A DNA stretch of 63,062 nt, counting the filler, from Octopus bimaculoides (Eukaryota): NCBI RefSeq assembly GCF_001194135.2. It is 6 parts of 6 records of this genome, joined end to end, with 100 filler letters (N's around TTAATTAATTAA, not from the genome) between each part and the next. Parts side by side here need not be neighbours in the genome. Positions count along the whole stretch, not along the records: positions 1 to 16,490 come from NC_068982.1; positions 16,591 to 35,818 come from NC_069008.1; 4 more parts are not named here. One strand, 5' to 3'. Of this stretch, positions 14,745 to 25,462 are shown in pieces. Position numbers and translations under genes: made by a program. Below the pieces are notes generated by a model. The model searched no databases and was not told the origin of the DNA. It saw nothing but the letters and a program-made list of their open reading frames with translations. Numbering within the stretch: position 1 is the first letter of the stretch; every line of letters starts with the position of its first letter.

Positions 14745-15489
14745 GCTTCCTTCTGATCCACACACGCACATACGATCTACCATCACCACACAACTCTTCA
14801 CATGCCGCCAAACATGACAGATGTCTCTCTGGATTCAGTCTCTATTTTAGATTCTTTCACCTAATACCATAAACAGTTCAACCATTCCTACTCATTTTCT
14901 AATCTTCGTAAAATATTCAAGACATGAAGAATCCAAGATCTGATGCTGTAATTACTACTTGCATTTTATCGCTAAAATTATCAAATTGTGTTCATTAAAA
15001 ACAAAGTACTTCAAATAATTATTTCTCTTGAACACTATGACGCTATGGTAACTTAATGTTGGGCGAGACAGGCTGTAATACCGAATGAGGAAACAGACTG
15101 CAGATCGGTGGAAGACTTCATAGAATGTTAGCTATTTCCACTGTCGTGGAGAGTGGAAAGTCCAATTACGACGAGCAAGAGAAAACGGTAATTGAAATGT
15201 ATCTCACATTCCAGGAACTCGACATCTTCACTTTTCGCTGGCGAAGCAAAACTGTACCGGAAGTCATACAGCAGCAGCGGTAGCAGCAGCAGCGGTCGCA
15301 GCAGCAGCGGTAGCAGCAGCAGCAGCAGCGGTACCAACTGTACCAGCGGTAGCAGCGGTAGCAGCGGTAGCAGCGGCAGCAATGAGAACAGCATTAAACG
15401 AATCAACGGTTTATTAGTATGATATATTCATATATATCGTAACTGTTTTATTACATATGTCTGACGAATGGTTACTTGAAACTCTGAGT

Positions 15490-15870
15490 AACAGGTTGTG
15501 TCTAAGGCCGTGCGGGAAGATAAATAGAGGCATAACATTGCCATCACTAGTGATCGCTCCAAACACTGTGATGTTGACTTCGTAATCACCATTAGACTCA
15601 TCCAACTCTTTCGGAATCCTCTGCACTGTTTCAGATTGACATCCAAACACTCTGAAATGTTCGTATTAGAGCTTCCGGTGCGAATACCAAGAAGTACAGT
15701 ATGTTGTTTATAAATTTCTGGCGGTGTGAATTGCATCATGGTGCTGTTTTTCTCAAAGACGATGCCCATCTGACCCTGTTATACTGTGTATTCGACAAAA
15801 TCTAAAATAAACTACGCGCATGCGCGAAATTAAAAGCATAAAATCGCGACAATTTACTCTTTGCATCCTG
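15490..15870 (-). mobile_element. Internally deleted Tc1/mariner (maT/DD37D-like) transposon remnant
   Basis: Minus-strand frames give an HTH N-terminus (MQFTPPEIYKQHTVLLGIRTGSSNTNISECL..VQRIPKELDESNGDYE) fused directly to the catalytic-domain motif ITVFGAITSDGNVMPLFIFPHGLR, with frameshifts. Confidence 0.65.
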
Positions 15871-16060
15871 ATGGACTACTACTGTCAGTTTCCGTCCACG
15901 AAATCCACTCACACGTCTTTGTAGAAGACATTTGCTCAAGGTACCGCACAATGGGACTGAACCCGGAAATATGTGGTTGAGAAACAAGCTTCTTACCACA
16001 CAGCCACACCTGCGCCTATCAATATATATACATATTTACAATATATATACATTTGCACAC

Positions 16061-16101
<41 letters not shown>

Positions 16102-16446
16102 CAGACAGAAAGAGAGTATGTGTGTGACAGAAAGAAAAAGAGAGACGCAGAGACAGAGAAACTGAAAGACAGGCAAACAGAGAGACAGACGGACAGACAG
16201 GTAAATAGATAGAAACAATTAGATCGGTGCCTCTTTGTCGCTGGCCCAAAATAGACGTTGTATATATAAAATGGCACTGAGCTTCAAGTGACATCAGCAG
16301 ACTATTAAATGCGATATTTCGGCGTTAATTTGTCTCCTCAGTCGTAATACTACTCCTTTATTCGGAGATATGCCATTTGCATTCCAGCATGCAGGATCGT
16401 ATGAAAACAGATGTGCATATAGTTACTTTCATGCACTTAGGCTTTC

Positions 16447-16490
<44 letters not shown>

Positions 16491-16534
16491 NNNNNNNNNN
16501 NNNNNNNNNNNNNNNNNNNNNNNNNNNNNNNNNN

Positions 16535-16546
16535 TTAATTAATTAA
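16535..16546. other. Assembly linker TTAATTAATTAA between N runs (also at 35863, 41256, 49120, 58095)
   Basis: The same 12-mer with stops in all six frames, embedded in Ns five times; artificial. Confidence 0.9.
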
Positions 16547-16616
16547 NNNNNNNNNNNNNNNNNNNNNNNNNNNNNNNNNNNNNNNNNNNNATAAATATAT
16601 AGTTTTAGGGAAAAAG

Positions 16617-17072
16617 AACCAAGTTTCATGAACTCATCGATGAAAATCCACTATCACATATAGAAAAATTAATAATTAAAAGCACAATAAATGAGTATAA
16701 TATAATACAAAGTAAATATCATAAGATAAAGATAATAAAATGACTACACGTGTTTCATAACTAATTTTCAAATACAAAGGAAATTTAAATCGATTAGAAT
16801 CAATTAAAATTATCGAAAATAAATTCTATTCAAAAATACAGTTAATCGTCAGGTCTTAAATAGAACTGAAGTACGGAAAAATATGGATAAGTTCTATTTT
16901 TACTTTGCTAAATGATTTTCTACTATTTGAAAATAATATGTATTCTTGTTTTTTTATATTATTCATTTGGTTTTTTTTGAAACCAAGTTTCATGAACTCA
17001 TCGATGAAAATCCACTATCACATATAGAAAAATTAATAATTAAAAGCACAATAAATGAGTATAATATAATAC
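16617..17072 (+). repeat. Two identical 92-bp direct repeats (16617-16708, 16981-17072), end of a dispersed repeat family
   Basis: Exact duplication read by eye. A diverged inverted homologue lies at about 30885-30950, also next to (TA)n. Confidence 0.8.
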
Positions 17073-17074
17073 TT

Positions 17075-17107
<33 letters not shown>

Positions 17108-17217
17108 CTCAAACACACGCACACACATACATACACACACATACATACACACACACGTACACTTGTATCACACATTCGTACGTGCATATATGTATGTGTA
17201 TATGAAATATAATTGGT

Positions 17218-17286
<69 letters not shown>

Positions 17287-17317
17287 TGTGTGTGCGTACG
17301 CGTGCGAGCGCGACTGC

Positions 17318-17389
17318 GATCCGGAATACAATGGCTGTAAACAAATCACCTCATTGCTCAAAGAACTGAAGTTTGAACCGAGGAACTAA
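17318..17389 (+). pseudogene. Caspase C-terminal remnant (DPEYNGCKQITSLLKELKFEPRN*)
   Basis: Homologous to the last codons of the neighbouring caspases, with a 12-nt deletion. Truncated 5' by a (TG)n tract. Confidence 0.85.
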
Positions 17390-17483
17390 GATATTTAAGG
17401 TGCGGCATTCCTTAAATGAATATGGATCTTCTTACGGTTAGAATTTCTGATGCATGTGCATATTTTGAGTTGGAAGCCAGGAT

Positions 17484-17505
17484 TTGGATTTCGTTAACGC
17501 ATGCG
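17484..17505 (+). promoter_or_regulatory. Invariant 22-bp element upstream of caspase paralogue 1 (TTGGATTTCGTTAACGCATGCG)
   Basis: Identical at 20763-20784 and 23732-23753, about 90-100 bp before each ATG. It overlaps an NRF1-like CGCATGCG motif. The regulatory role is inferred. Confidence 0.5.
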
Positions 17506-17592
17506 TATTGATTGATAGCAATTTGAGAGGACAGAAATAATATATAATACACGGAACTACATTCAGCTCATCACATTATTACATTGACTACT

Positions 17593-18336
17593 ATGGCCGC
17601 TGGAAGTGCAAACGTTGGGACAGGCGTTCAGTCATCAACTGGCGATGATCTCAATAAATATTTCGCTGAATATGATATGAAAGATAAAACACGTGTTGCT
17701 TATATAGTCGACTCTGAGTGTTTATCAAACGATGCAATAGATTTTGGAAGGGCATTAAAACGTATTGGATTTAAATATGTCACTATTTCTAACATTTATG
17801 AAATGATGTGCAAAGATTGGAAAAAGTTTAACGAAGATAAACGTTATGGTAATATTGGTTGCTTTGTTTTTGTAATTATAAACTATGATCTTAAAAACGA
17901 TGGATTTGACGAAGTTGCACTAATTTCTAATCTGACAGCCGATAAGGGTCCATCTTTAGCAGGAGTACCTAAATTAATTTTTATTGAACCAAGTCGTGTA
18001 GATAGAGGACGCCACAAAACTGATGGACCTGAACCCGAACCTACGCAACGTAAAATCCCAATTACGGCAGATCTGTTGGTTTTTCGTTCGTGGTGGAATG
18101 AATTTCTGCCAATCAGCGGCGGACATGGAGATTCGCCGTTTATGAAAACATTAAGCAACGTTTTCATTAAGTATGGCACTGAATATGAAATCATGAAACT
18201 ATTAACAGCTGTCTCAAACTATATTGCCTCTTGTAAATTCCAAAGTTCGGATAATTCGGAAAACAATGGTTGTAAACAAATAACTCGGATCATGTCGACA
18301 TTGCTCAAAAAACTAAAGTTTGAACCGAGGAACTGA
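17593..18336 (+). CDS. Intronless caspase-3/7-like pseudo-protease (catalytically dead), 247 aa
   Basis: Caspase p20/p10 motifs (GVPKLIFI, KIPITADLLVF, IMSTLLKKLKF). QACRG is EPSRV, SHG is NYD, and both S1 arginines are absent. The frame is open and all indels versus the active paralogue are in-frame. Confidence 0.85.
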   Translation: MAAGSANVGTGVQSSTGDDLNKYFAEYDMKDKTRVAYIVDSECLSNDAIDFGRALKRIGFKYVTISNIYEMMCKDWKKFNEDKRYGNIGCFVFVIINYDLKNDGFDEVALISNLTADKGPSLAGVPKLIFIEPSRVDRGRHKTDGPEPEPTQRKIPITADLLVFRSWWNEFLPISGGHGDSPFMKTLSNVFIKYGTEYEIMKLLTAVSNYIASCKFQSSDNSENNGCKQITRIMSTLLKKLKFEPRN

Positions 18337-20469
18337 AATATTTCAAATGTGGATCCTTAAATAGAAATGCAGCTTCTTACGGTGAGAATTTCTGATGCAT
18401 CTACATATTATATGAAAAGAATATATTTTAGATATTCATACATCTAAAAATTCAAAGGGTGTATATTTTAAGAACTCATACATCTACAAATAAATACACT
18501 ATTTCACGTGTAATACCTACAACAGAAATTGATAAATAAATAAATGTAATATTTTTAACTAAATAATTACTAATACGATTGCAAACTTGATTTTAGTTTA
18601 ATTAATATCCTCTTACATTTTAAGATGCTTAACTAAAACTATTTCCTAAGAACGCCAGCGCTTTATTGGTACATTCTAAATTACAAACTAATTCTTCCCT
18701 CAGAAAATTGAACTAACATTCTTTTATATACAACTAAATATGAACAATATTAATATGTAGGCTATTTTATCCATGTGCTTTCATATATCGCTTGATTTGT
18801 AAAAGTTTATCTGCGAAAGAGAAATTATTTTTCTTGCTTTTCTTATTGCATTATACTATCTCAGCACCATTGCGTAATGTTTTTTTTTTCCAATGATTCT
18901 GCTATTTTTTTTACTCTGGTGGTTAATCTCACAATAAAATTTGTCTTTTATTAACATATAGTCTCTGAATTACCAACAACATAATAAAGTCTATCAGTTT
19001 TTACGTTGTTTCTTAATTTATTAAAATATATAAAGTGTGAATGAATGCTTAATTTATAAATGAATAAAGTTCTTTTCAAAAATTTCTTAAGTATTCCGAT
19101 GTTTTCATTATTGAAGTTTACGATTTTGCANNNNNNNNNNNNNNNNNNNNNNNNNNNNNNNNNNNNNNNNNNNNNNNNNNNNNNNNNNNNNNNNNNNNNN
19201 NNNNNNNNNNNNNNNNNNNNNNNNNNNNNNNNNNNNNNNNNNNNNNNNNNNNNNNNNNNNNNNNNNNNNNNNNNNNNNNNNNNNNNNNNNNNNNNNNNNN
19301 NNNNNNNNNNNNNNNNNNNNNNNNNNNNNNNNNNNNNNNNNNNNNNNNNNNNNNNNNNNNNNNNNNNNNNNNNNNNNNNNNNNNNNNNNNNNNNNNNNNN
19401 NNNNNNNNNNNNNNNNNNNNNNNNNNNNNNNNNNNNNNNNNNNNNNNNNNNNNNNNNNNNNNNNNNNNNNNNNNNNNNNNNNNNNNNNNNNNNNNNNNNN
19501 NNNNNNNNNNNNNNNNNNNNNNNNNNNNNNNNNNNNNNNNNNNNNNNNNNNNNNNNNNNNNNNNNNNNNNNNNNNNNNNNNNNNNNNNNNNNNNNNNNNN
19601 NNNNNNNNNNNNNNNNCATGGCTTGTGTGTGTGTAAGTGTGTGTGTGTTTGCGCGTCAAGTGCTTTACCATTAAGCTAAACTGCCCAGTAACGAATTCAT
19701 CTGTAATTTTAGAACTTATAAATTTAGTTTCATAAAGTTCGAGTCTCATGGCTGGCCGGTAGCGTATTTTTCTGCAATGTATGGATATTTTATCCTTCTC
19801 ACGCTATTTATTAGCATTATATTTTTTCAATTTTAAACTTTGAGAAGAAAACGCCCAATGTCACTCCTCAGACAATTTCCTGATTTCCAAAACTACAAAA
19901 CTCCGTATATTGTACGTATTGGGTGTGATCCTTTCAGCTAGCACAGATTTCCCCAGAAAAGTAGAAGGAAAAGATCAACCCCCTCACCAGAAAACTGGAT
20001 ATGCTAGAAATAAAAACTGAATGGGAAAATATTATTTCCTCGGCTTAACTACATCTTGTTTTTCGATTAACTCCAGCAAAGTACTCCAAGTTTAGTCTCT
20101 GGCCATATCCATCCCAGCACCATTCCACTGAAGAAAACTACACACACACGTACGCACACACAGATACACACACATTCGCACACACGCATACACACGCACA
20201 TTTTGGAAAAAGAAATTGTTTTGCGATAGAAACTGGAAGTGACATCAGAGACATCCTGTAATTCCATCTGAACTACATGTGATGTCATCGTCCCCGTAGT
20301 CATTATCATCGACGTGGTCGAAGAAAATATCGAGTTTGCAGTGTTATGTAGTGTTATCCGGGATGTTGATAGATACGACAACATTGAGAAGAGAGGATAC
20401 CTGCAAAATGTTCCGCACAGAAAAGCAGAGACAAATGAGGCATCCATAATGCAAAGTGTGGAAGTACAC

Positions 20470-20683
20470 GGAGGATTTATCTCTTGGCAGGGCAGTGACT
20501 TTTATGCAACGTTTAAGGAAATTTTTTAAGGAAATATGGCACTGAATATGATATCATGAAATTTTGAACCGCCGTCTCTATGTTGCCTCACTTGAATTCC
20601 GAAGTTCAGATAATCCGGAAAACAATGGCTGTAAACAAATAACCTCATTGCACAAAGAACTAAAGTTTCAACCGAGGAACTAA
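20470..20683 (+). pseudogene. Frameshifted caspase small-subunit remnant
   Basis: FMQRL..KYGTEYDIMKF..VASLEFRSSDNPENNGCKQITSLHKELKFQPRN* across frameshifts; carries the same 12-nt deletion as 17318-17389. Confidence 0.85.
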
Positions 20684-20762
20684 AATATTTCAGATGTAGC
20701 AACCTCAAATGAATATGGATCTTCTTACGGTGAGAATTTCTGACGCATGTGCATATTTTGAG

Positions 20763-20784
20763 TTGGATTTCGTTAACGCATGCG
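20763..20784 (+). promoter_or_regulatory. Invariant 22-bp upstream element, paralogue 2
   Basis: Identical to 17484-17505 and 23732-23753. Confidence 0.5.
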
Positions 20785-20947
20785 CATCAGTAGCAAACTT
20801 ACGTTAGTCAGATGGGAGGGCAGAAATAATATATCATACACGTAACTACATTCAGCTCATCACATTGTTATATTGATTACTATGGCCGCTGGAAGAGCAA
20901 ACGTTGAGACAAGCGATCAGTAGTATTCACCAATTGACGAAGCTCTC

Positions 20948-21646
20948 ATGGAATATTCCGTTGAATATGATATGAAGAATAAAACACATGTAGCTTATAA
21001 AGTCGACTCTGGGTGTTCATCATACGATGCAATAGATTTTGGAAGGGCATTAAAACGTATTGGATTTCATTATGTCCTTATTTATGACGATTTTAAAATA
21101 ATGTGCAAAGGTTTGGAAATTTTTAACGAAGATTGTAATATTGGTTGCTTTGTTTGTGCAATTACGAACCATAATCTTAAAAACGATGGATTTGACGAAG
21201 TTGCACTAATTTCTAATCTGACAGCCGATAAGTGTCGATTTTTAAAAGGAGTACCTAAATTAATTTTTATTGGACCAAGTCGTGTAGATAGAGGACACCA
21301 CGTAACTGATGGACCTGAACCCGAACCTACGCAACGTAAAATCCCAATTACGGCAGATCGGTTGGTTTTTCGTTCGTGGTGGAATGAATTTCTGCCAATC
21401 AGCGGCGGACATGGAGATTCGCCGTTTATGAAAACATTAAGCAACGTTTTCACTAAGTATGGCACTGAATATGAAATCATGAAACTATTAACAGCTGTCT
21501 CAAACTATATTGCCTCTTGTAAATTCCAAAGTTCGGATAATTCGGAAAACAATGGCTGTAAACAAATAACTCGGATCATGTCGACATTGCTCAAAAAACT
21601 GAAGTTTGTTCCGAGGAGGCAAAATATTTTAAATGTAGATCCTTAA
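20948..21646 (+). CDS. Second intronless caspase-like pseudo-protease, 232 aa (ancestral ATG at 20882 is cut off by an in-frame TAG at 20921-20923)
   Basis: Paralogue of 17593-18336. QACRG is GPSRV; His is retained (NHN) but Cys is Ser. It may be a young pseudogene or may initiate at 20948. Confidence 0.75.
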   Translation: MEYSVEYDMKNKTHVAYKVDSGCSSYDAIDFGRALKRIGFHYVLIYDDFKIMCKGLEIFNEDCNIGCFVCAITNHNLKNDGFDEVALISNLTADKCRFLKGVPKLIFIGPSRVDRGHHVTDGPEPEPTQRKIPITADRLVFRSWWNEFLPISGGHGDSPFMKTLSNVFTKYGTEYEIMKLLTAVSNYIASCKFQSSDNSENNGCKQITRIMSTLLKKLKFVPRRQNILNVDP

Positions 21647-23080
21647 ATAGAAATTAACATATAGTCTCTGAATTACCAACAACATAATAAAGTCTATCAG
21701 TTTTTACGTTGTTTCTTAATTTATTAAAATATATAAAGTGTGAATGAATGCTTAATTTATAAATGAATAAAGTGTGAATGAAGGCTTCATCTATGAATGA
21801 ATAAAGTGTTATTAAATGCTTCATCTATAATTTTGTTTGCCTGAAACGCAATATTTGGATGATGTTTACAATCCTATCATTTTCTTGTCATTTTCTTGCA
21901 GCTAATTGTTCGGCAATTTCCGTAAATAATTTCTTAATAATTTACCATCATTTCATATCCTGTTGAAGTCGATATTTGCTTTGAAGTCGTTGAGGTGGGC
22001 AAAATGAGACACTGAAGCTAGGAGCGAGTACACAAAAAGGCACCCGCATACTCACACGCACGCCTAGAATACAAATTTGCAANNNNNNNNNNNNNNNNNN
22101 NNNNNNNNNNNNNNNNNNNNNNNNNNNNNNNNNNNNNNNNNNNNNNNNNNNNNNNNNNNNNNNNNNNNNNNNNNNNNNNNNNTTTTTAGTTTTCAACATG
22201 AAACAAAACTAACATAAAGATGGAAAATAATGTTTATTTTTGTATATTTACATTAGAAAAGTTTTCTCCAATGTTTTTTGAATACAAAGTCCCAGAACAG
22301 ATCCTCACTATGGCACCGTGAATACTTTGAAATTATATTTCCGATTTCAAATAAACTACTTTGAATGTTATTGTAGCAAGGTTAAAGTGATTTCTTTTGT
22401 GATGTAAACCATTTACCATTTCTGCGGTGCCCCTACTTCCCTTGATACTCTAATCCTTATTTTGCTTAACGGTTAATCTAGCGCTGCCGATAATTTACAC
22501 TACAATCAGGAATTTACACTAGATTTAGGAATCTAATTATTTTATAATCAAATTTTTCTGCTAATAACAAAACTACATAAGAATCTTTCGTTCACACTTG
22601 AAATATTTTCATAGATTAAGACCTAACGTAAAAGCTAATATATTTTATTATTTCGTTGTCATTTCAGAGACTTTATGTTGTATATAAAACAATGTTAGTT
22701 CAATTTTCAGAGTGAAGAATTATTTTGAAATTTACAATATTCCTAGAAGGCACTGGTGTTCTAAGTAAAATTCATGGTAGGAAATAGTTTTAGTTAAACA
22801 TTAAAATGTTAGAGGTTATTTATTTAAGCAAATCAAGTTTGTAGTCACATGAAGAATTTTTTAGGTGCAGACATATTTATTTATCAATTTATGTTGTGGG
22901 TATTACATGTGAAAATATTTTATTTATTTGTAGGTGTATGAATTCCTAAAATATATACCTTTGCATTTGTGAATGTATGCGTGTCTAAAATATTTTTTTT
23001 TCGTATAATATACACATGCATCAGAAATTCTCACCGTAAAAATCTCCGTTTCTCTTTAAGGATCCCACACCGGAAATATT

Positions 23081-23351
23081 TTAGTTCTTTGGTTCAAACT
23101 TTAATCTTTTGAGCAATGTTGACATAATCTGAGGCATTTGTTTACAGCCACTGCATTCCGGATTATCCGGATTTTTGAATTCAAAAGAGGCAACACGTTT
23201 ACAGACAGCAGTTAACAATTTCATGATTTCATAGTCAGTGCCATATTTCACCAAAATTTTACTTAAAGTCTGCATAAAACACGAACCGTTACGTTTATGC
23301 ATGATTGACGGATGTTTATTATACGACGAATGGAAAACCAACATATCTGCC
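23081..23351 (-). CDS. 3' part of an inverted caspase-3/7-like paralogue (5' part presumably in the gap at 23352-23451)
   Basis: Open frame ADMLVFHSSYNKHPSIMHKRNGSCF...IMSTLLKRLKFEPKN*, running into Ns. Its 3' flank mirrors the 3' flank of the 23851 gene. Confidence 0.8.
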
Positions 23352-23540
23352 NNNNNNNNNNNNNNNNNNNNNNNNNNNNNNNNNNNNNNNNNNNNNNNNN
23401 NNNNNNNNNNNNNNNNNNNNNNNNNNNNNNNNNNNNNNNNNNNNNNNNNNNAGATTCTTATGTAGTTCTGCTATAAGCAGAAAATTTTGTTTGTAAAATA
23501 ATTAAATTCCTAAATCTAGTGTAATTTATCAGTTGCACTG

Positions 23541-23695
23541 GATTGCATTGTTGGCACTCCGTCGCTTACGACGTCGAGGGTTCCAGTTGATCCGATCAAC
23601 GGAACAGCCTGCTCGTGAAATTAACGTGCAAGTGGCTGAGCACTCCACAGACACGTGTACCCTTAACGTAGTTCTCGGGGATATTTCACCGAAAA
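23541..23695 (-). mobile_element. 3' fragment of tRNA-derived SINE, family C
   Basis: ttggcactccgtcgcttacgacgtcgagggttccagttgatcc... is nearly identical to 62175-62310. Confidence 0.85.
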
Positions 23696-23731
23696 TTATT
23701 TTCAGCTATGCTTTCACTTTGAAGCCAAGAG

Positions 23732-23753
23732 TTGGATTTCGTTAACGCATGCG
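23732..23753 (+). promoter_or_regulatory. Invariant 22-bp upstream element, active caspase
   Basis: Identical to the copies upstream of paralogues 1 and 2. Confidence 0.5.
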
Positions 23754-23850
23754 CATTAAATAATAATCTGATTTTAATCGGGTGAGATGACGGGAATGAT
23801 ATATCTAACAGGAACTAGATTCAGCTTGTCGCATTGCTGCATCGACTACT

Positions 23851-24620
23851 ATGGACGCTGTAAGTGTAAATGGTAGTACAGGCGCTCAGTTCCATTTACC
23901 AACTGAGGAAGATTTAATGAAATGTTTCGAAAAATATGACATGACACATGAAAAGCGAGGTGTTGCCTACATCTTCAACATGAAAAATTTCAGTGACCCA
24001 AAACTTCAAACTCGTCACGGCTCATCGAAAGACACAAAACATTTAAAAAGGGCTTTAGAAAATCTTGGTTTTCATGAAGATGATATCAACATATGTAAAG
24101 ATTTTACAGCCAAAGAAATGCTCGGGGCTTTGGAAGAATTTGACCTAAACAATCCTAAAATTAATATTGATTGCTTTGTTTGTGCAATTCTGAGTCATGG
24201 TGGTAAAAACGATATCATATGTGGATACGAAGGTAAAGTTGAGCTAGACGAATTGCTTTCTTGCCTGAGACCCGATCGCTGTCCATCTCTAACAGGAGTA
24301 CCTAAATTAATCTTTATTCAAGCATGTCGTGGAAGTAAGATTGATGTTGGAGTCGAAAAAAACGATGCTGCGGAAACAGAATCTGAAAGAAAGTCACCCA
24401 AAATTCCAATTATGGCAGATATGTTGGTTTTCCATTCGTCGTATAATAAACATCCGTCAATCAGGAATGAAGACAAAGGTTCGTGGTTTATGCAGACTTT
24501 AAGTACAGTGTTGATGGAACATGGCACTGACTATGAAATCATGAAATTGTTAACTGCTGTCTGTAAACGTGTTGCCTCTTTTGAATTCAAAAATCCGGAT
24601 AATCCGGAATGCAGTGGCTG
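23851..24620 (+). CDS. Intronless effector caspase (caspase-3/7-like) with an intact active site; the last ~21 codons fall in the gap
   Basis: RHG (S1 Arg, 24013), SHG (His, 24196), QACRG (Cys, 24325) and SIRNEDKGSWF (second S1 Arg, 24463) are all present. Short prodomain; Asp in the inter-subunit linker (EKND/A). Confidence 0.95.
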
Positions 24621-25182
24621 NNNNNNNNNNNNNNNNNNNNNNNNNNNNNNNNNNNNNNNNNNNNNNNNNNNNNNNNNNNNNNNNNNNNNNNNNNNNNNNN
24701 NNNNNNNNNNNNNNNNNNNNNNNNNNNNNNNNNNNNNNNNNNNNNNNNNNNNNNNNNNNNNNNNNNNNNNNNNNNNNNNNNNNNNNNNNNNNNNNNNNNN
24801 NNNNNNNNNNNNNNNNNNNNNNNNNNNNNNNNNNNNNNNNNNNNNNNNNNNNNNNNNNNNNNNNNNNNNNNNNNNNNNNNNNNNNNNNNNNNNNNNNNNN
24901 NNNNNNNNNNNNNNNNNNNNNNNNNNNNNNNNNNNNNNNNNNNNNNNNNNNNNNNNNNNNNNNNNNNNNNNNNNNNNNNNNNNNNNNNNNNNNNNNNNNN
25001 NNNNNNNNNNNNNNNNNNNNNNNNNNNNNNNNNNNNNNNNNNNNNNNNNNNNNNNNNNNNNNNNNNNNNNNNNNNNNNNNNNNNNNNNNNNNNNNNNNNN
25101 NNNNNNNNNNNNNNNNNNNNNNNNNNNNNNNNNNNNNNNNNNNNNNNNNNNNNNNNNNNNNNNNNNNNNNNNNNNNNNNNNN

Positions 25183-25462
25183 CAGACACGTGTACCCTTG
25201 ACTTAGTTCTCGGGGATATTCAGCGTGACACTGTGACAAGGCTGACCCTTTGAATTACAGGCACAACAGAAACAGGAAGTAAGAGTGAGAGAAAGTTGCG
25301 GTGAAAGAGTACAGCAGGGTTCGCCACCATCCCCTGCCGGTGCCTCGTGGAGCTTTAGGTGTTTTCGCTCAATAAACACTCACAACACCCAGTCGGGGAA
25401 TCGAAACCGCGATCCTATGACCGCAAGTCCGCTGCCCTAACCACTGGGCCATTGCGCCTCCA
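25183..25462 (-). mobile_element. tRNA-derived SINE, family C
   Basis: Matches 62275-62548; the head reads gtggaggcgcaatggcccagtggttagggcagcg on the minus strand. Confidence 0.85.

Noticed and set aside
15192-15422. Ser/Gly-rich ORF (SSSGSSSSG)
   Set aside because: An AGCAGCGGT repeat with no splice or start context.
17883-18194. Minus-strand ORFs at 17883, 21082 and 24318
   Set aside because: Antisense shadows of the caspase CDSs.
23081-23351. The idea that the inverted fragment is just the mis-oriented 3' end or allele of the 23851 gene
   Set aside because: Its 3' flank has a separate, clearly diverged mirror copy at 25463-25766, which indicates a real older inverted duplication.
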